A DNA stretch of 37,747 nucleotides from a virus. Lineage: Duplodnaviria; Caudoviricetes. The notes under the pieces are model-generated. The model had not been told where the DNA came from and did no database searches. It saw nothing but the letters and a program-made list of their open reading frames with translations. The stretch spans positions 1 to 37,747 of IMG/VR virus record IMGVR_UViG_3300047399_000078. One strand, written 5' to 3'. The position numbers and the translations under genes were made by a program. Shown piece by piece: positions 1-9,096 of the stretch (its first letter is position 1; each line of letters starts with the position of its first letter).

Positions 1-105
1 CTAGGGGTGGGGGTACATGTGCCGCCCGATCACCCGGGGGCTATGGCATACCCCTTCCCCGCAATATCCCTTGCCACAGCTCGCTACATGCGAGATGTGG
101 AAGGG

Positions 106-285
106 ATGGGCGACTGGTTGAAGGTAGGGGTGGAGGGGTTGGCGGTGTGGCCGTTGAGGGCGTTACAGGAGCGCAGGAGGGCGTTGAGGGAGCGGCTAGG
201 GCAGTGGCACAGGTTTGAGTCGAACGAGTTGGCGTTGAAGGAAGCGCTTCGGGATGTGGAGCGAGAGATGGAGCAGCGGAGATGA
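106..285 (+). CDS. hypothetical coiled-coil protein (start uncertain; ORF open from 7)
   Basis: ORF with GGAAGGG before ATG 106; stop overlaps next start (ATGA). Confidence 0.45.
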   Translation: MGDWLKVGVEGLAVWPLRALQERRRALRERLGQWHRFESNELALKEALRDVEREMEQRR

Positions 286-500
286 TGTTGGCGAGCGGGA
301 TGGAGGTGGGTTGGTTGACGTTGTTGGAGGACTACGAGAGGGCGAGGACACCTGGGGCGAGTGGGCAGCGCTGGGTGTGCAAGTGCCGGTGCGGGGTGAA
401 GCATGACGTGTCGCGGGAGTCGCTGGTGAACGGTCGGGTGAGGGCGTGCCGGTGGTGCGCGAAGGCGTACCGGGCGAGTGAGGACAGGCTGCTAGGGTGA
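282..500 (+). CDS. small Zn-binding protein resembling the N-terminal G-x-L-T-x...W-x-C-x-C-x-C-G...L-x-x-G...C-x-x-C module of AP2/HNH phage proteins, without a nuclease domain
   Basis: GWLTLL...WVCKCRCG...RESLVNGRVRACRWC. Confidence 0.7.
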   Translation: MMLASGMEVGWLTLLEDYERARTPGASGQRWVCKCRCGVKHDVSRESLVNGRVRACRWCAKAYRASEDRLLG

Positions 501-522
501 GATAGATATTCTGTCTTGCTTG

Positions 523-550
523 TTGACTATGCTCCAGTGGCGCGTATGCT
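523..550 (+). promoter_or_regulatory. sigma70-type promoter TTGACT-N16-TATGCT
   Basis: AT-rich intergenic gap; followed by GGAGG RBS and ATG 570. Confidence 0.55.
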
Positions 551-569
551 GACGCGCACTGGAGGCGAG

Positions 570-749
570 ATGTTGACATTGGCACGGGTGAGAGAGTTGC
601 TGGCGGACCGTCGGCTGGACAAGGTGGCGGAGGGGACTGGGCTATCGCCGATGACGGTGGCGCGGGTGCGGGATGGGAAGGGGGACGTGAAGGCGACGAC
701 GCTGGAGAAGCTGTCGGCGTACCTTGAGGCTCAGGCGGTGCAGTCGTGA
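570..749 (+). CDS. Cro/XRE-family helix-turn-helix regulator
   Basis: LDKVAEGTGLSPMTVARVRDG...TTLEKLSAYL is a typical XRE HTH; GGAGG RBS. Confidence 0.8.
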   Translation: MLTLARVRELLADRRLDKVAEGTGLSPMTVARVRDGKGDVKATTLEKLSAYLEAQAVQS

Positions 750-1057
750 CCCGGGAGGACTTTGAGGGGCCTGGCCACTTCTGCGGCGGGCGAGAGTGCC
801 GCTTTGCGCGGCACACGCACGTTGGCCCGTACTGCGTCTCGACGGTGGGAGACTGGTGGCCGAAGGGCGCGAAGACGCGCGAGTATATCGGCTACAAGCG
901 CACGCACGAGACGATGGTGTTCCGCATCGACGCAAACGGCGAGACGGACGGAAACAACATCGACTTTGCGCCGTACAACGACGACGCGGCGGCGGCCTTC
1001 GGGCACGAGCGCATGGTGCGCAAGTGGCTCGGCGTTGCGAAACGGAGGGCAGCATGA
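746..1057 (+). CDS. hypothetical phage protein
   Basis: GTGA overlap with upstream gene; coding-type GC3 bias. Confidence 0.7.
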   Translation: MTREDFEGPGHFCGGRECRFARHTHVGPYCVSTVGDWWPKGAKTREYIGYKRTHETMVFRIDANGETDGNNIDFAPYNDDAAAAFGHERMVRKWLGVAKRRAA

Positions 1058-1425
1058 GGGGCACGCCGTTCACGGACCTGCTGGAGGAGAACGGGCTTCT
1101 GGACCGCAGCCAGGGGAACGCGCTGACGGGAGAGGAGCAGCGTCTTCTGGACGTGCTCCTCGACGCGGAGGAGCCGGAGGTGGTGGCTCCGCACAACCTG
1201 CCTGCGCTGCTTCAGCGCATCGCTGCGGCGAAGCAGACGACGGTGGAGGCCATCATGGAGCGGTTCCCCGACTCCAAAGTGGTGAAGCTGGCGCAGGACC
1301 CTGAGCCCTACCTGGCGCAGCGCCGGGCGTGGGAGCGCCGGCAAGCGGTGGCGGCGATGATGGAGCAGCACTTCCCCGATGGCCCGCTGTCTGCCCCGCT
1401 CTACACGTCCAAGGGGAAGCCATGA
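1054..1425 (+). CDS. hypothetical protein (MRGTPFTDLL...)
   Basis: GGAGG RBS, ATGA overlap. Confidence 0.7.
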   Translation: MRGTPFTDLLEENGLLDRSQGNALTGEEQRLLDVLLDAEEPEVVAPHNLPALLQRIAAAKQTTVEAIMERFPDSKVVKLAQDPEPYLAQRRAWERRQAVAAMMEQHFPDGPLSAPLYTSKGKP

Positions 1426-1629
1426 AGACCATCGAAGAGCTGGAAGCGCAGCTCGAAGGCGCCCGCGTCATGGTCGACAGCCTCACCCGCTCCCTGGAGC
1501 TGGCGGAGGCGGAGATCGCAGTGGTGCGCAGGGAGCGCGACCAGTGGCGCTACCTCGCCGGGACGCGCAATGCGTACAACGAGTACATCCGACGGCTCAA
1601 GGAGACGCCATGAAGACCATCGAAGAACT
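1410..1629 (+). repeat. 32-bp imperfect direct repeat (1410-1441 and 1598-1629) covering the RBS and first codons of two consecutive genes
   Basis: caaggggaagccatgaagaccatcgaagagct vs caaggagacgccatgaagaccatcgaagaact (3 mismatches). Confidence 0.85.
1422..1613 (+). CDS. hypothetical coiled-coil protein (MKTIEELEAQ...)
   Basis: ATGA overlap, RBS AAGGGG. Confidence 0.7.
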   Translation: MKTIEELEAQLEGARVMVDSLTRSLELAEAEIAVVRRERDQWRYLAGTRNAYNEYIRRLKETP

Positions 1630-2056
1630 CGGCCGCCGCGTCTCAGAATGCGATCACTTCCGCGTTACGCCTGGAATGCTGCTGACAGATGGCACGGAGT
1701 CCGTTCGCGTCATCTACACGAACGAGGATTGGTTCACGGTCGTGAGCCTGTCCCGCCGCTCGGTGGAGATTGTGAACGAAGCGCCGGACTGCGCGAAGAT
1801 GTTTCCCGACCTCTCCGACCCCGCCACGCTCGGCTGCCTTCTCGCGCTCGTGCGGGAGGCCTGGGCGCGCGATCCGGGTGTCGACCATTGGGTCAGCTAC
1901 GCGGTGCCCGTCTTCGATGGCCTGGAGACTTGGCGCGTTGGATGCCTCATCGACGGGTCGAAGATGTTCGCGCTCGTCAACCGGGCCACGATAAAGCTCG
2001 TGGAAGCGCCAACCGAAGCCGCCGCCCTCGTCGTTGCACTGGAGGCTGCGCCATGA
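1610..2056 (+). CDS. hypothetical phage accessory protein (PDLSDPATLGCLLALVREAW...TEAAALVVALEAAP)
   Basis: ATGA overlap, AAGGAG RBS. Confidence 0.75.
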   Translation: MKTIEELGRRVSECDHFRVTPGMLLTDGTESVRVIYTNEDWFTVVSLSRRSVEIVNEAPDCAKMFPDLSDPATLGCLLALVREAWARDPGVDHWVSYAVPVFDGLETWRVGCLIDGSKMFALVNRATIKLVEAPTEAAALVVALEAAP

Positions 2057-2508
2057 CCACCGACGTGCCCGCGCTGCTCGACGAGGTGGAGCGGCTGACG
2101 CGCGAGCTGGAGCGCGCCGAGACGCACGGACTCAACACCGAAGGTCAACGCCTCCTCGCCGACGCCCTCGGCATCCGCGAGGGCAAGATGACAGCGGACG
2201 GAACGGCGAGGCGTGCGGTCGAGGAGATCGAGCGGCTGACGCGGGAGCGCGACGAAGCACGCGACAGGATCCTTGAGTACACCGATGCTCTCGTGGAGCG
2301 CGACGCAGAGATCGCGAGCCTTACCGCTGCCCTCGACGAGCGAGACGGGGAAGCCGAGCGCGTGCGCGAGCAGTACAATACGCTGGCCGACGAGCGCGAC
2401 GAAGCCCGCGCCATCGCAAACGCCGCCGTGCGCGAGCTGAACGACGCGAATGCGCGGGCGGCCATGGTGGACCAACTCTTGAGCAATTCTAAAGGGTTGG
2501 AGCCGTGA
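2053..2508 (+). CDS. coiled-coil protein, Ead/Ea22-like style with ERLTRE and ERDEAR repeats
   Basis: DVPALLDEVERL motif, heptad repeats, GGAGG RBS. Confidence 0.65.
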   Translation: MTTDVPALLDEVERLTRELERAETHGLNTEGQRLLADALGIREGKMTADGTARRAVEEIERLTRERDEARDRILEYTDALVERDAEIASLTAALDERDGEAERVREQYNTLADERDEARAIANAAVRELNDANARAAMVDQLLSNSKGLEP

Positions 2509-2711
2509 CCCCCGTCCGCCTCGTCCACCTCAACGTCGGCGGCCCGACGCACGTCGTCGAGCACGCCGGGAAGACGTGGCGCTTCGAGGAGCACGGCTTC
2601 TTCGGGCCGCTCGTGCTGCGCCGCGACGGTGCGCCAGTCAAGCGGCAGCCAGGAAGGCGCTCGCCATTCTGGGCGGCCTACGCGGCGTGGTGCGCACAGT
2701 GGGCAAAATAA
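2505..2711 (+). CDS. hypothetical protein
   Basis: GTGA overlap, GGAG RBS. Confidence 0.65.
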   Translation: MTPVRLVHLNVGGPTHVVEHAGKTWRFEEHGFFGPLVLRRDGAPVKRQPGRRSPFWAAYAAWCAQWAK

Positions 2712-2739
2712 AGCCGGGCGCGGAATGCCCACGCCCGGC
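2705..2739 (-). terminator. intrinsic terminator on the minus (antisense) strand
   Basis: minus strand GCCGGGCGUGG-GCAUU-CCGCGCCCGGC-UUUAUUUU; the single mismatch is a U-G pair only on this strand. Confidence 0.6.
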
Positions 2740-2769
2740 CTCACCCTCAACCATTGAGAGACTGACACC

Positions 2770-2961
2770 ATGGCAGACTCGCACCTCACCGTCCACTCCA
2801 TCTCAGGCTTCCACACGCTGACGATGTACTGCCGGCACTGCGGAAGCTCGAAGGACGTGCGCATCCCCCTGCCGCTCGTGGACGTCATGGCTGCACTCTC
2901 CGACTTCTGGGGGTTGCATGCCGATTGCACGCGACGCGACGAGCCGTCCGGCCCATTCTGA
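2770..2961 (+). CDS. small putative Zn-finger protein
   Basis: CRHCG...HADC; GAGAG upstream. Confidence 0.55.
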   Translation: MADSHLTVHSISGFHTLTMYCRHCGSSKDVRIPLPLVDVMAALSDFWGLHADCTRRDEPSGPF

Positions 2962-2973
2962 AAGCACAGCACC

Positions 2974-4608
2974 ATGGCCTACGAGCAAGACAAGCACCGC
3001 ACGCAGCTAGAGCAGTCGCAGCGTGAGCGCATCTCCAGCGTCAAGAAGGCGCTGGAGAAGAAGCTCGAAGAGAAGCGCGTCAAGTTCGACACGTTCGAGG
3101 ACATGATGACGCACCCCATGGGCTTCGGGTTCACGAGCGCGAGCCCGGTACAACGCGCCATCATGCGCGTTGCCGATGGACGCCGCATCAACGACCTATG
3201 GTCGCATCCCGCCGTTGTGCGCGCTCTCGGCGGCACGGAGCCGGACTTCAAAGGCAAGCCGAAGGAGATCGCCATCCTCGCAGGCATCCGCTGCGGCAAG
3301 TCGCTCATCACCGCAGGGCTCGGCGTCTGGTGGACGCAGACCTGCTCCCTCGAACACCTCGGCCCTGGTGAGGTCGCGCGCGTCTCCATCGTCTCCATCT
3401 CGAAGGACCTCGCCGAGGTCGTCTTCGGGCACATCGTCGGCCGCACCATGTCGAGCCCCGTCCTCAAGGGCCTCGTCATGGATACGCCCAAGGTCGATGA
3501 GATCGTGCTACGCCATCCATCCGGCCGGCCCGTGCAGGTCACGGTCACGGCCGGCACCCGCGCGGGTTCGTCACTCGTTGCGCGATGGTCCGCTGGGGCC
3601 ATCTTCGATGAGTTCCCGCGCATGCTCGGGGAGGGCGAAGCAGTCGTCAACTGGGACGAACTGCGTCGCGCCGTCCTCATGCGCATGTGCCCAGGCTCCC
3701 AAGTGGCCAGTATCGGCAGCCCCTATGCTCCATACGGCCCGGCTTACAGCGTCGTGAAGGAGCACTTCGGCCGCCCCACGCGCAACATGGTCGTCATCAA
3801 GGCCCCGGGCTGGGACATGAACCCTACCCTCTGGACCCCGCAAGCGGTCCGCGACGCCGAGGAGCAGGACCCGCAGGCCTTCCGTACAGACGTAGCCGCC
3901 GAATTCGCGCAGCCCGAGGAGGCGTTCATCTCGCCGGACGCCATCGAGACGTCCATGCGCACGGCCCCGCTCATCGAATTACCCAAGCCCGGCGTTCAGT
4001 ACAGCGCTGCCATCGACCCCGCGACCCGCGGCAACGCCTGGACCCTCATCGTGGCCTGCCAGGAGGGCGAGAAGCGCCGCGTCGTGCTCGCAAAGCAGTG
4101 GGTCGGCACGCCGGCGGCCCCTTTGAGGCCTGCCGCCGTGCTCGAAGAGGTTGCAAACATCTGCCGGGCCTACCGAGTCAGCGTGATCGACAGCGACCAG
4201 TACTACGGAGACGCCCTCCGCGACCTTGCCGCCCAGCACAAGGTCGTTCTCGTCGTCCATTCGTGGAACGAAAAGGAGAAGATGGCCAAATTCCTCGCTC
4301 TCAAGACCATGTTTGAGCAGGGAATGGTCGAACTGCCGCCGGATCAGGTCGTCCGCGCCGACCTGACCCGCGTACGGCGCATCCTGCGTGGCTCGGGAGC
4401 CGCAATCACCTTCCCGCGCACGTCCGACGGGCGTCACTGCGACTACGCGCCGTGCGCCGCCATGGCGCTCGCGCGCTACTGGCGTTCCGATGAAGACGAG
4501 CAGGACGGGTTGCGCCAAGTCTCGCAGATGGCGCAAGAAGAAGCCGCCATGTTTAAGCGCATCCTCGACAAGCAGAAGCGCGACGACGTCTGGGGCTACT
4601 CCTGGTAG
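2974..4608 (+). CDS. terL: terminase large subunit
   Basis: Walker A AGIRCGKS, Walker B AIFDEF, motif III IGSP, nuclease AAIDPA and GRHCDYA; directly upstream of the portal gene. Confidence 0.92.
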   Translation: MAYEQDKHRTQLEQSQRERISSVKKALEKKLEEKRVKFDTFEDMMTHPMGFGFTSASPVQRAIMRVADGRRINDLWSHPAVVRALGGTEPDFKGKPKEIAILAGIRCGKSLITAGLGVWWTQTCSLEHLGPGEVARVSIVSISKDLAEVVFGHIVGRTMSSPVLKGLVMDTPKVDEIVLRHPSGRPVQVTVTAGTRAGSSLVARWSAGAIFDEFPRMLGEGEAVVNWDELRRAVLMRMCPGSQVASIGSPYAPYGPAYSVVKEHFGRPTRNMVVIKAPGWDMNPTLWTPQAVRDAEEQDPQAFRTDVAAEFAQPEEAFISPDAIETSMRTAPLIELPKPGVQYSAAIDPATRGNAWTLIVACQEGEKRRVVLAKQWVGTPAAPLRPAAVLEEVANICRAYRVSVIDSDQYYGDALRDLAAQHKVVLVVHSWNEKEKMAKFLALKTMFEQGMVELPPDQVVRADLTRVRRILRGSGAAITFPRTSDGRHCDYAPCAAMALARYWRSDEDEQDGLRQVSQMAQEEAAMFKRILDKQKRDDVWGYSW

Positions 4609-4752
4609 GGTAAAACTTTTTTTGCTGAGCCCGTGGCGATAGAGCCGCACTGGAAAAACAATAGTCGAAGGCTTTGCGAGCGCGAATGGCCATAGGACGC
4701 GCCTACAAAAAGTCGTTGACCACCGGCAGGCATAAGTAAATCATGGCAAACG
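4609..4752 (+). promoter_or_regulatory. AT-rich intergenic region, possible late promoter (TTGACC 4716-4721)
   Basis: largest gap in the structural module; T/A runs; weak -10 element. Confidence 0.35.
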
Positions 4753-6651
4753 ATGGAGTTTGCCTCTTCCAACGTGCCGTGGTGGAACGCTCGCATTAGC
4801 GGCAACGACCCGCACGTCTACATCACGGAGCGTGTGAAACACATCCGGGACATGCAACAGTCCCGGCGCACGAGCATCCGTCGATGCCAGCAAATGTACG
4901 GGGTGGACCTGAGCGCCTACGGAATGGCGCCGGACAATACCATCGACCGGCGCTTCTCCGTCAACCATCTCAAGAACGCCATCGACACGCTTCAGGCGAA
5001 GGTGTCGCGGCACCGCATCCTGCCCTTCGCTGTCACGAGCGGCGGCGACTACATGCAGCGGAAGCGCGCCGAGAAGCTCTCCCGCTTCATCGAGGGCGCG
5101 TTCGAGGACACGGGCTTCTTCGACAAGCTGCCGCAGGTCGTGCTCGATACGCTCGTGGCCGGCACCGGCTGCATCAAGACCGTCTCGACCTACGGGCGCC
5201 TTGCGCTCGAAGTCGTGCCGATGCTCGACCTGTACGTCGACGACGCCGAGGCGCGCTACGGTCAGCCGCGCAGCCTGCATCAGCAGTTCCTCATGGACCG
5301 CTCTGTCGTCATGGACCTCTACGGCGACGGCGACATGGACCTGCATGGCAGCCGCGCGATGCGGCAGGCTGCGATTCAGACGTGCGCGACGCCGTACGCC
5401 GAGGACGATGGCGCGTTCCTGATTCAGAGCCGCGCCGACATGATCTACGTGACGGAGTCCTGGCACCTTCCGTCCTCTCCGGGCGCGAAGGACGGGCTGC
5501 ACGTCATCAGCATCGACAACGCCACGCTCTTCGTCGAGCCGTGGAAGCGTGAGACGTTCCCCTTCTCGTTCCTTCGGCGCAACACGCCGGTCGCAGGCTT
5601 CTGGGGCTCCTCGGCGGTGTTCGAGTTCGCTCCGGCCCAGGCCGAGCACAACAACCTGAGCCGCAAGATCCAGGAAGCCCATCACATCATGGGCGGCTCT
5701 CACATCCTTATCCAGGCCGGCACGCTTGGGAAGCAGGCGGAGCTGGACAACGGCATCGGCACGGTCATCGAGTACCTGCCGGGTGGTGCGCCTCCGCAGG
5801 TCTTCAACCCGGACCCGGTCAACCAGCAGACGTACGCCTACCGTTCGAGCATCCCTGGAGAGATCAACCAGGGGCTCGGGCTCTCGGACATGAGCGTGCA
5901 CTCGGAGTTGCCGGCTGGCCTGCGTGCGGCCAGCGGCAAGGCGCTCCAGGTGTTCGAGGACTTCGAGAGCGAGCGCCTCCACGTTTTCCACAAGCTGAAC
6001 GAGAAGTTCGCGATGGACGTGGCGCTGCGCATGATCGACGAGGCGGAGGCCATGCTCGCGGCGGACATCGACGTGTCCGTCTCGCGCCCGACGCGCCGCA
6101 CGCTCGAAGAGGTGGCCTGGTCGGAGGTGCGCATGGACGCGCGCGAGTACCGCCTGCGCGTCTACCCCATCAGCAACCTCGCCAAGCAGCCCTCGGCGAA
6201 GTTCGAGCAGATCCTCTCGATGGCGCAGTACCAGCTCATCGACAAGGCGACCCTGCGCAAGCTGCTTGAGGTGCCCGACATCGACGCGGAGGAAGACCTC
6301 CAGAACGCCCCGCGCGACGCCGTGGACCAGCAGCTCTACGAGATCATCGAGAACCGCAAGTACGCGAGCCCGTCGAAGTACATCGACCCGGCGCTCTCGC
6401 TCGACCGCGCCAAGCTCTTCTACGCGAAGTGCCTCGTCGACAAGGTCAGCGAAAAGAAGCTCGGACTGCTTGAGCAGTTCATGGATGAGTGTGCAGCACT
6501 GATTGCCGAGATGACGCAGCCGCAGGTGGCCGCGCCGCCTCCAGGTCAATCCCCCGGGGAGCAGCCCGGCGGAATGGCTCAAGGTGCGCCCGAGATGGCC
6601 GGTGGAGGGGCTGCTCCTCCTCCTCCTGCCACTACCGAGGTGCCACAATGA
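4753..6651 (+). CDS. portal protein (P22-like head-tail connector)
   Basis: 632 aa after terL; N-x-x-K-N-A-I-D-T-L-Q-A-K, D-T-L-V-A-G-T-G-C-I-K and SGKAL motifs; Pro/Gly/Gln-rich C-terminal tail. Confidence 0.85.
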   Translation: MEFASSNVPWWNARISGNDPHVYITERVKHIRDMQQSRRTSIRRCQQMYGVDLSAYGMAPDNTIDRRFSVNHLKNAIDTLQAKVSRHRILPFAVTSGGDYMQRKRAEKLSRFIEGAFEDTGFFDKLPQVVLDTLVAGTGCIKTVSTYGRLALEVVPMLDLYVDDAEARYGQPRSLHQQFLMDRSVVMDLYGDGDMDLHGSRAMRQAAIQTCATPYAEDDGAFLIQSRADMIYVTESWHLPSSPGAKDGLHVISIDNATLFVEPWKRETFPFSFLRRNTPVAGFWGSSAVFEFAPAQAEHNNLSRKIQEAHHIMGGSHILIQAGTLGKQAELDNGIGTVIEYLPGGAPPQVFNPDPVNQQTYAYRSSIPGEINQGLGLSDMSVHSELPAGLRAASGKALQVFEDFESERLHVFHKLNEKFAMDVALRMIDEAEAMLAADIDVSVSRPTRRTLEEVAWSEVRMDAREYRLRVYPISNLAKQPSAKFEQILSMAQYQLIDKATLRKLLEVPDIDAEEDLQNAPRDAVDQQLYEIIENRKYASPSKYIDPALSLDRAKLFYAKCLVDKVSEKKLGLLEQFMDECAALIAEMTQPQVAAPPPGQSPGEQPGGMAQGAPEMAGGGAAPPPPATTEVPQ

Positions 6652-7664
6652 GCGATTTTGCCGGAACTGATACGGGTGCGTCTGTCTCCGATGCGGAGCT
6701 TGTCTCCATGGCTGCCGAGATCATGGGCGGCGGGAGCAAGACGGCGGCGCCTGAGCGCCCCACCAAGGCCGTCGCGGAGGCCCTCGCGGCCGATGCCGCG
6801 GGCGACGAGGAGGAGACGCAGGAAGAGGCTCCTGAGCGGCCTGCCAAGGCTGCGAAGCTGGCCCCCGAGGGCGAGCCCGACGTCGACCCCGCGGCGATCA
6901 TCCGTGCGCGCATGGAGAAGGCCCGCGCCGCAAAGGCTGCGAAGGCGGAGAGCCGCCGGCAGGCGGAGATGAGCGCTCGGCTTCGCGAGTACGAGGAGAT
7001 GCAGCGTCGCACCGTCGACGAGCGTCCGTCGTTCGACGTGGACGGCTTCAAGAGCAAGCTGAAGTCGTCTCCGCTGGCGGCTCTTCAAGAGCTGGGGATC
7101 AACCTCGACGAGTTCACGCAGGCGGCCCTCGAAGAGGGCACTCCGCAGTCGAAGATGATGGCGGAGATGCGCGCCATGAAGGAGCAGCTCGACGCACTGC
7201 ACAAGCAGCGGCAAGAGCTGGAAGAGCGCGAGAAGAAGACGGCGGAGGCGCGAGAGCGCCAGCGCCAGGAGCAGGAGTTCTGCGCGATGATCACGCAGGA
7301 CGAGTACCCGTCGCTCTACGAGTGGTTCGAGGACGACCCGCCCGCGCTCGTGCGCGAGGCGTACCGCACGGTCGAGGAGTTCCTCGGCAAGGGCGGCGAC
7401 CCGGAGGACATCTCCGACGACGACGTCGCCTGGTTCTTGGAGCAGAAGTACGCCAAGAAACTCGGCAAGTTCAAGGGGAAGGCTGCCGCGCGTCTCGGGA
7501 CGCAGCCCGCGCCTTCCACCAGCAAGCCCCGTACTCCGTCTCAGGCCAAGGCCAGCGAGACGGGGAAGCTGGGCGGGAAAGACTTCGCAAGCATGTCCAG
7601 CGAGGAGCAGTTGGCCATGCTGATCGAAGTCGCTCGAACCGAAATGTCCAAGAACGCAAACTAA
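6648..7664 (+). CDS. capsid scaffolding protein
   Basis: charged helical protein between portal and capsid genes; ATGA overlap with GAGG RBS. Confidence 0.7.
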   Translation: MSDFAGTDTGASVSDAELVSMAAEIMGGGSKTAAPERPTKAVAEALAADAAGDEEETQEEAPERPAKAAKLAPEGEPDVDPAAIIRARMEKARAAKAAKAESRRQAEMSARLREYEEMQRRTVDERPSFDVDGFKSKLKSSPLAALQELGINLDEFTQAALEEGTPQSKMMAEMRAMKEQLDALHKQRQELEEREKKTAEARERQRQEQEFCAMITQDEYPSLYEWFEDDPPALVREAYRTVEEFLGKGGDPEDISDDDVAWFLEQKYAKKLGKFKGKAAARLGTQPAPSTSKPRTPSQAKASETGKLGGKDFASMSSEEQLAMLIEVARTEMSKNAN

Positions 7665-7679
7665 CCAAGGGACAGGACA

Positions 7680-9071
7680 ATGCCCATTTCTGACAACGTC
7701 TCCGCAGTCAACGCCGTACTCAAGTTCCTCTACAAGGCCGGCGTCCCCCACGCGACCTACAACAAGCAGGCGCTCCTCAACAAGCTCAAGGTCAACGCCG
7801 ACTTCACCGGCGAGAAGAAAGTCCTCGCGATCCAGATCGCGAACCCGCAGGGCTTCGGCTCGTCGTTCGACCGCGCGTACGCGAACGCCTCCTCGGCCGA
7901 GTCGTACAAGCGCTGGCAGCTCTTCCGCGTGCAGCACTACGGCTTCGCCCGTGTCGACGGCGAAGTCATGCGTACCGCGGTCGACCCGGGCGCGCTCGTC
8001 AACGTCTGGAAGAACCGTACGCAGAGCGTTGTCCAGGGCATGCACAACTCGGTCGGTCGCCTCATCTACGGCGCCGGCACGGGCCGCATCGGCACCGTTG
8101 GCGTGACCATCACGGCTGCGTCTGCGCCGACGTCCATCACGCTCGGCACGGCGGCGGACATCGCCAACTTTGAAGTCGGCATGTACGTCCAAATCTACGA
8201 CACTTACGGCGGCGGCGGCGGCGCTGTCCCGCAGGGCGCTGGCGACAGTTTCTCGGCGTTCCACGTCAACCTCACGGACGGGACCAAGGGCACCGAGGCG
8301 GCGTTCACCGCGGCCCCGTCGACCTACACCCGTAAGGTGACGGCAGTTCAGCGTGACCTTGGCGGCACCGTTACCATCACGCTTGACGCGGCTATCGCGA
8401 CGGGCGCTGGCCAGGATATCAAGGCGGGCGCAATCATCGTCCGTGACGGCGACGGCATTGTCGTTGACGGCGCGGCCACGAGCTATGACACGAACGCCAA
8501 GGCTCCCTCGGGCATCGAGCAGTGGATCGCCGGGTCGAATCTTGGCACCGCGCCGGCTGGCAATACGCTCTTTGGGCTCGACCGTTCGAGCGACAAGCTC
8601 CGCCTCAGCGGCCAGGTCCTTAACGGCGCCGGTCTCAACATGGTTGAGGCCCTCCAGACCCTCGAAGCGAACATCCTCTTCCAGGGCATCGGCTACCCGG
8701 ACGCGATTGTCGTCAACCCGGTCGACTTCGGCAACCTCAAGAAGTCGGCGCTCTCGGATGTGCTTCGCCTGCCGGCGCAAGACCCGAAGCAGAACCTCAA
8801 CTTCCAGGACCTCATCTTCATGGGCCAGAACGGTCCCATCCCGTTCGTCCAGGACCCGTTCTGCCCGCGCAACAAGGCGTACATGCTCAAGATGGACACC
8901 TGGGGCATCCACTGCGCGCCGGGCGGCATGTTCCAGCTCGTCGACTGGGACGGCGTGAACTACCTCCGTCTCACCAACGCGGACACCTACGAGGCCCGCT
9001 TCGCGTCGTACTACCAGATCGGTTGCGACAACCCCGGCCCGAACGGCTACATCTACGGCTGGGGCACCTGA
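7680..9071 (+). CDS. major capsid protein (HK97 fold likely) with an internal Thr/Gly/Ala-rich insertion
   Basis: position, strong codon bias, LIYGAGTG and GPIPFVQDPFCP...YQIGCDNPG motifs; tandem stops TGATAA. Confidence 0.85.
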   Translation: MPISDNVSAVNAVLKFLYKAGVPHATYNKQALLNKLKVNADFTGEKKVLAIQIANPQGFGSSFDRAYANASSAESYKRWQLFRVQHYGFARVDGEVMRTAVDPGALVNVWKNRTQSVVQGMHNSVGRLIYGAGTGRIGTVGVTITAASAPTSITLGTAADIANFEVGMYVQIYDTYGGGGGAVPQGAGDSFSAFHVNLTDGTKGTEAAFTAAPSTYTRKVTAVQRDLGGTVTITLDAAIATGAGQDIKAGAIIVRDGDGIVVDGAATSYDTNAKAPSGIEQWIAGSNLGTAPAGNTLFGLDRSSDKLRLSGQVLNGAGLNMVEALQTLEANILFQGIGYPDAIVVNPVDFGNLKKSALSDVLRLPAQDPKQNLNFQDLIFMGQNGPIPFVQDPFCPRNKAYMLKMDTWGIHCAPGGMFQLVDWDGVNYLRLTNADTYEARFASYYQIGCDNPGPNGYIYGWGT

Positions 9072-9096
9072 TAAGGGCCTCTGAGGAGAAAGCCAC

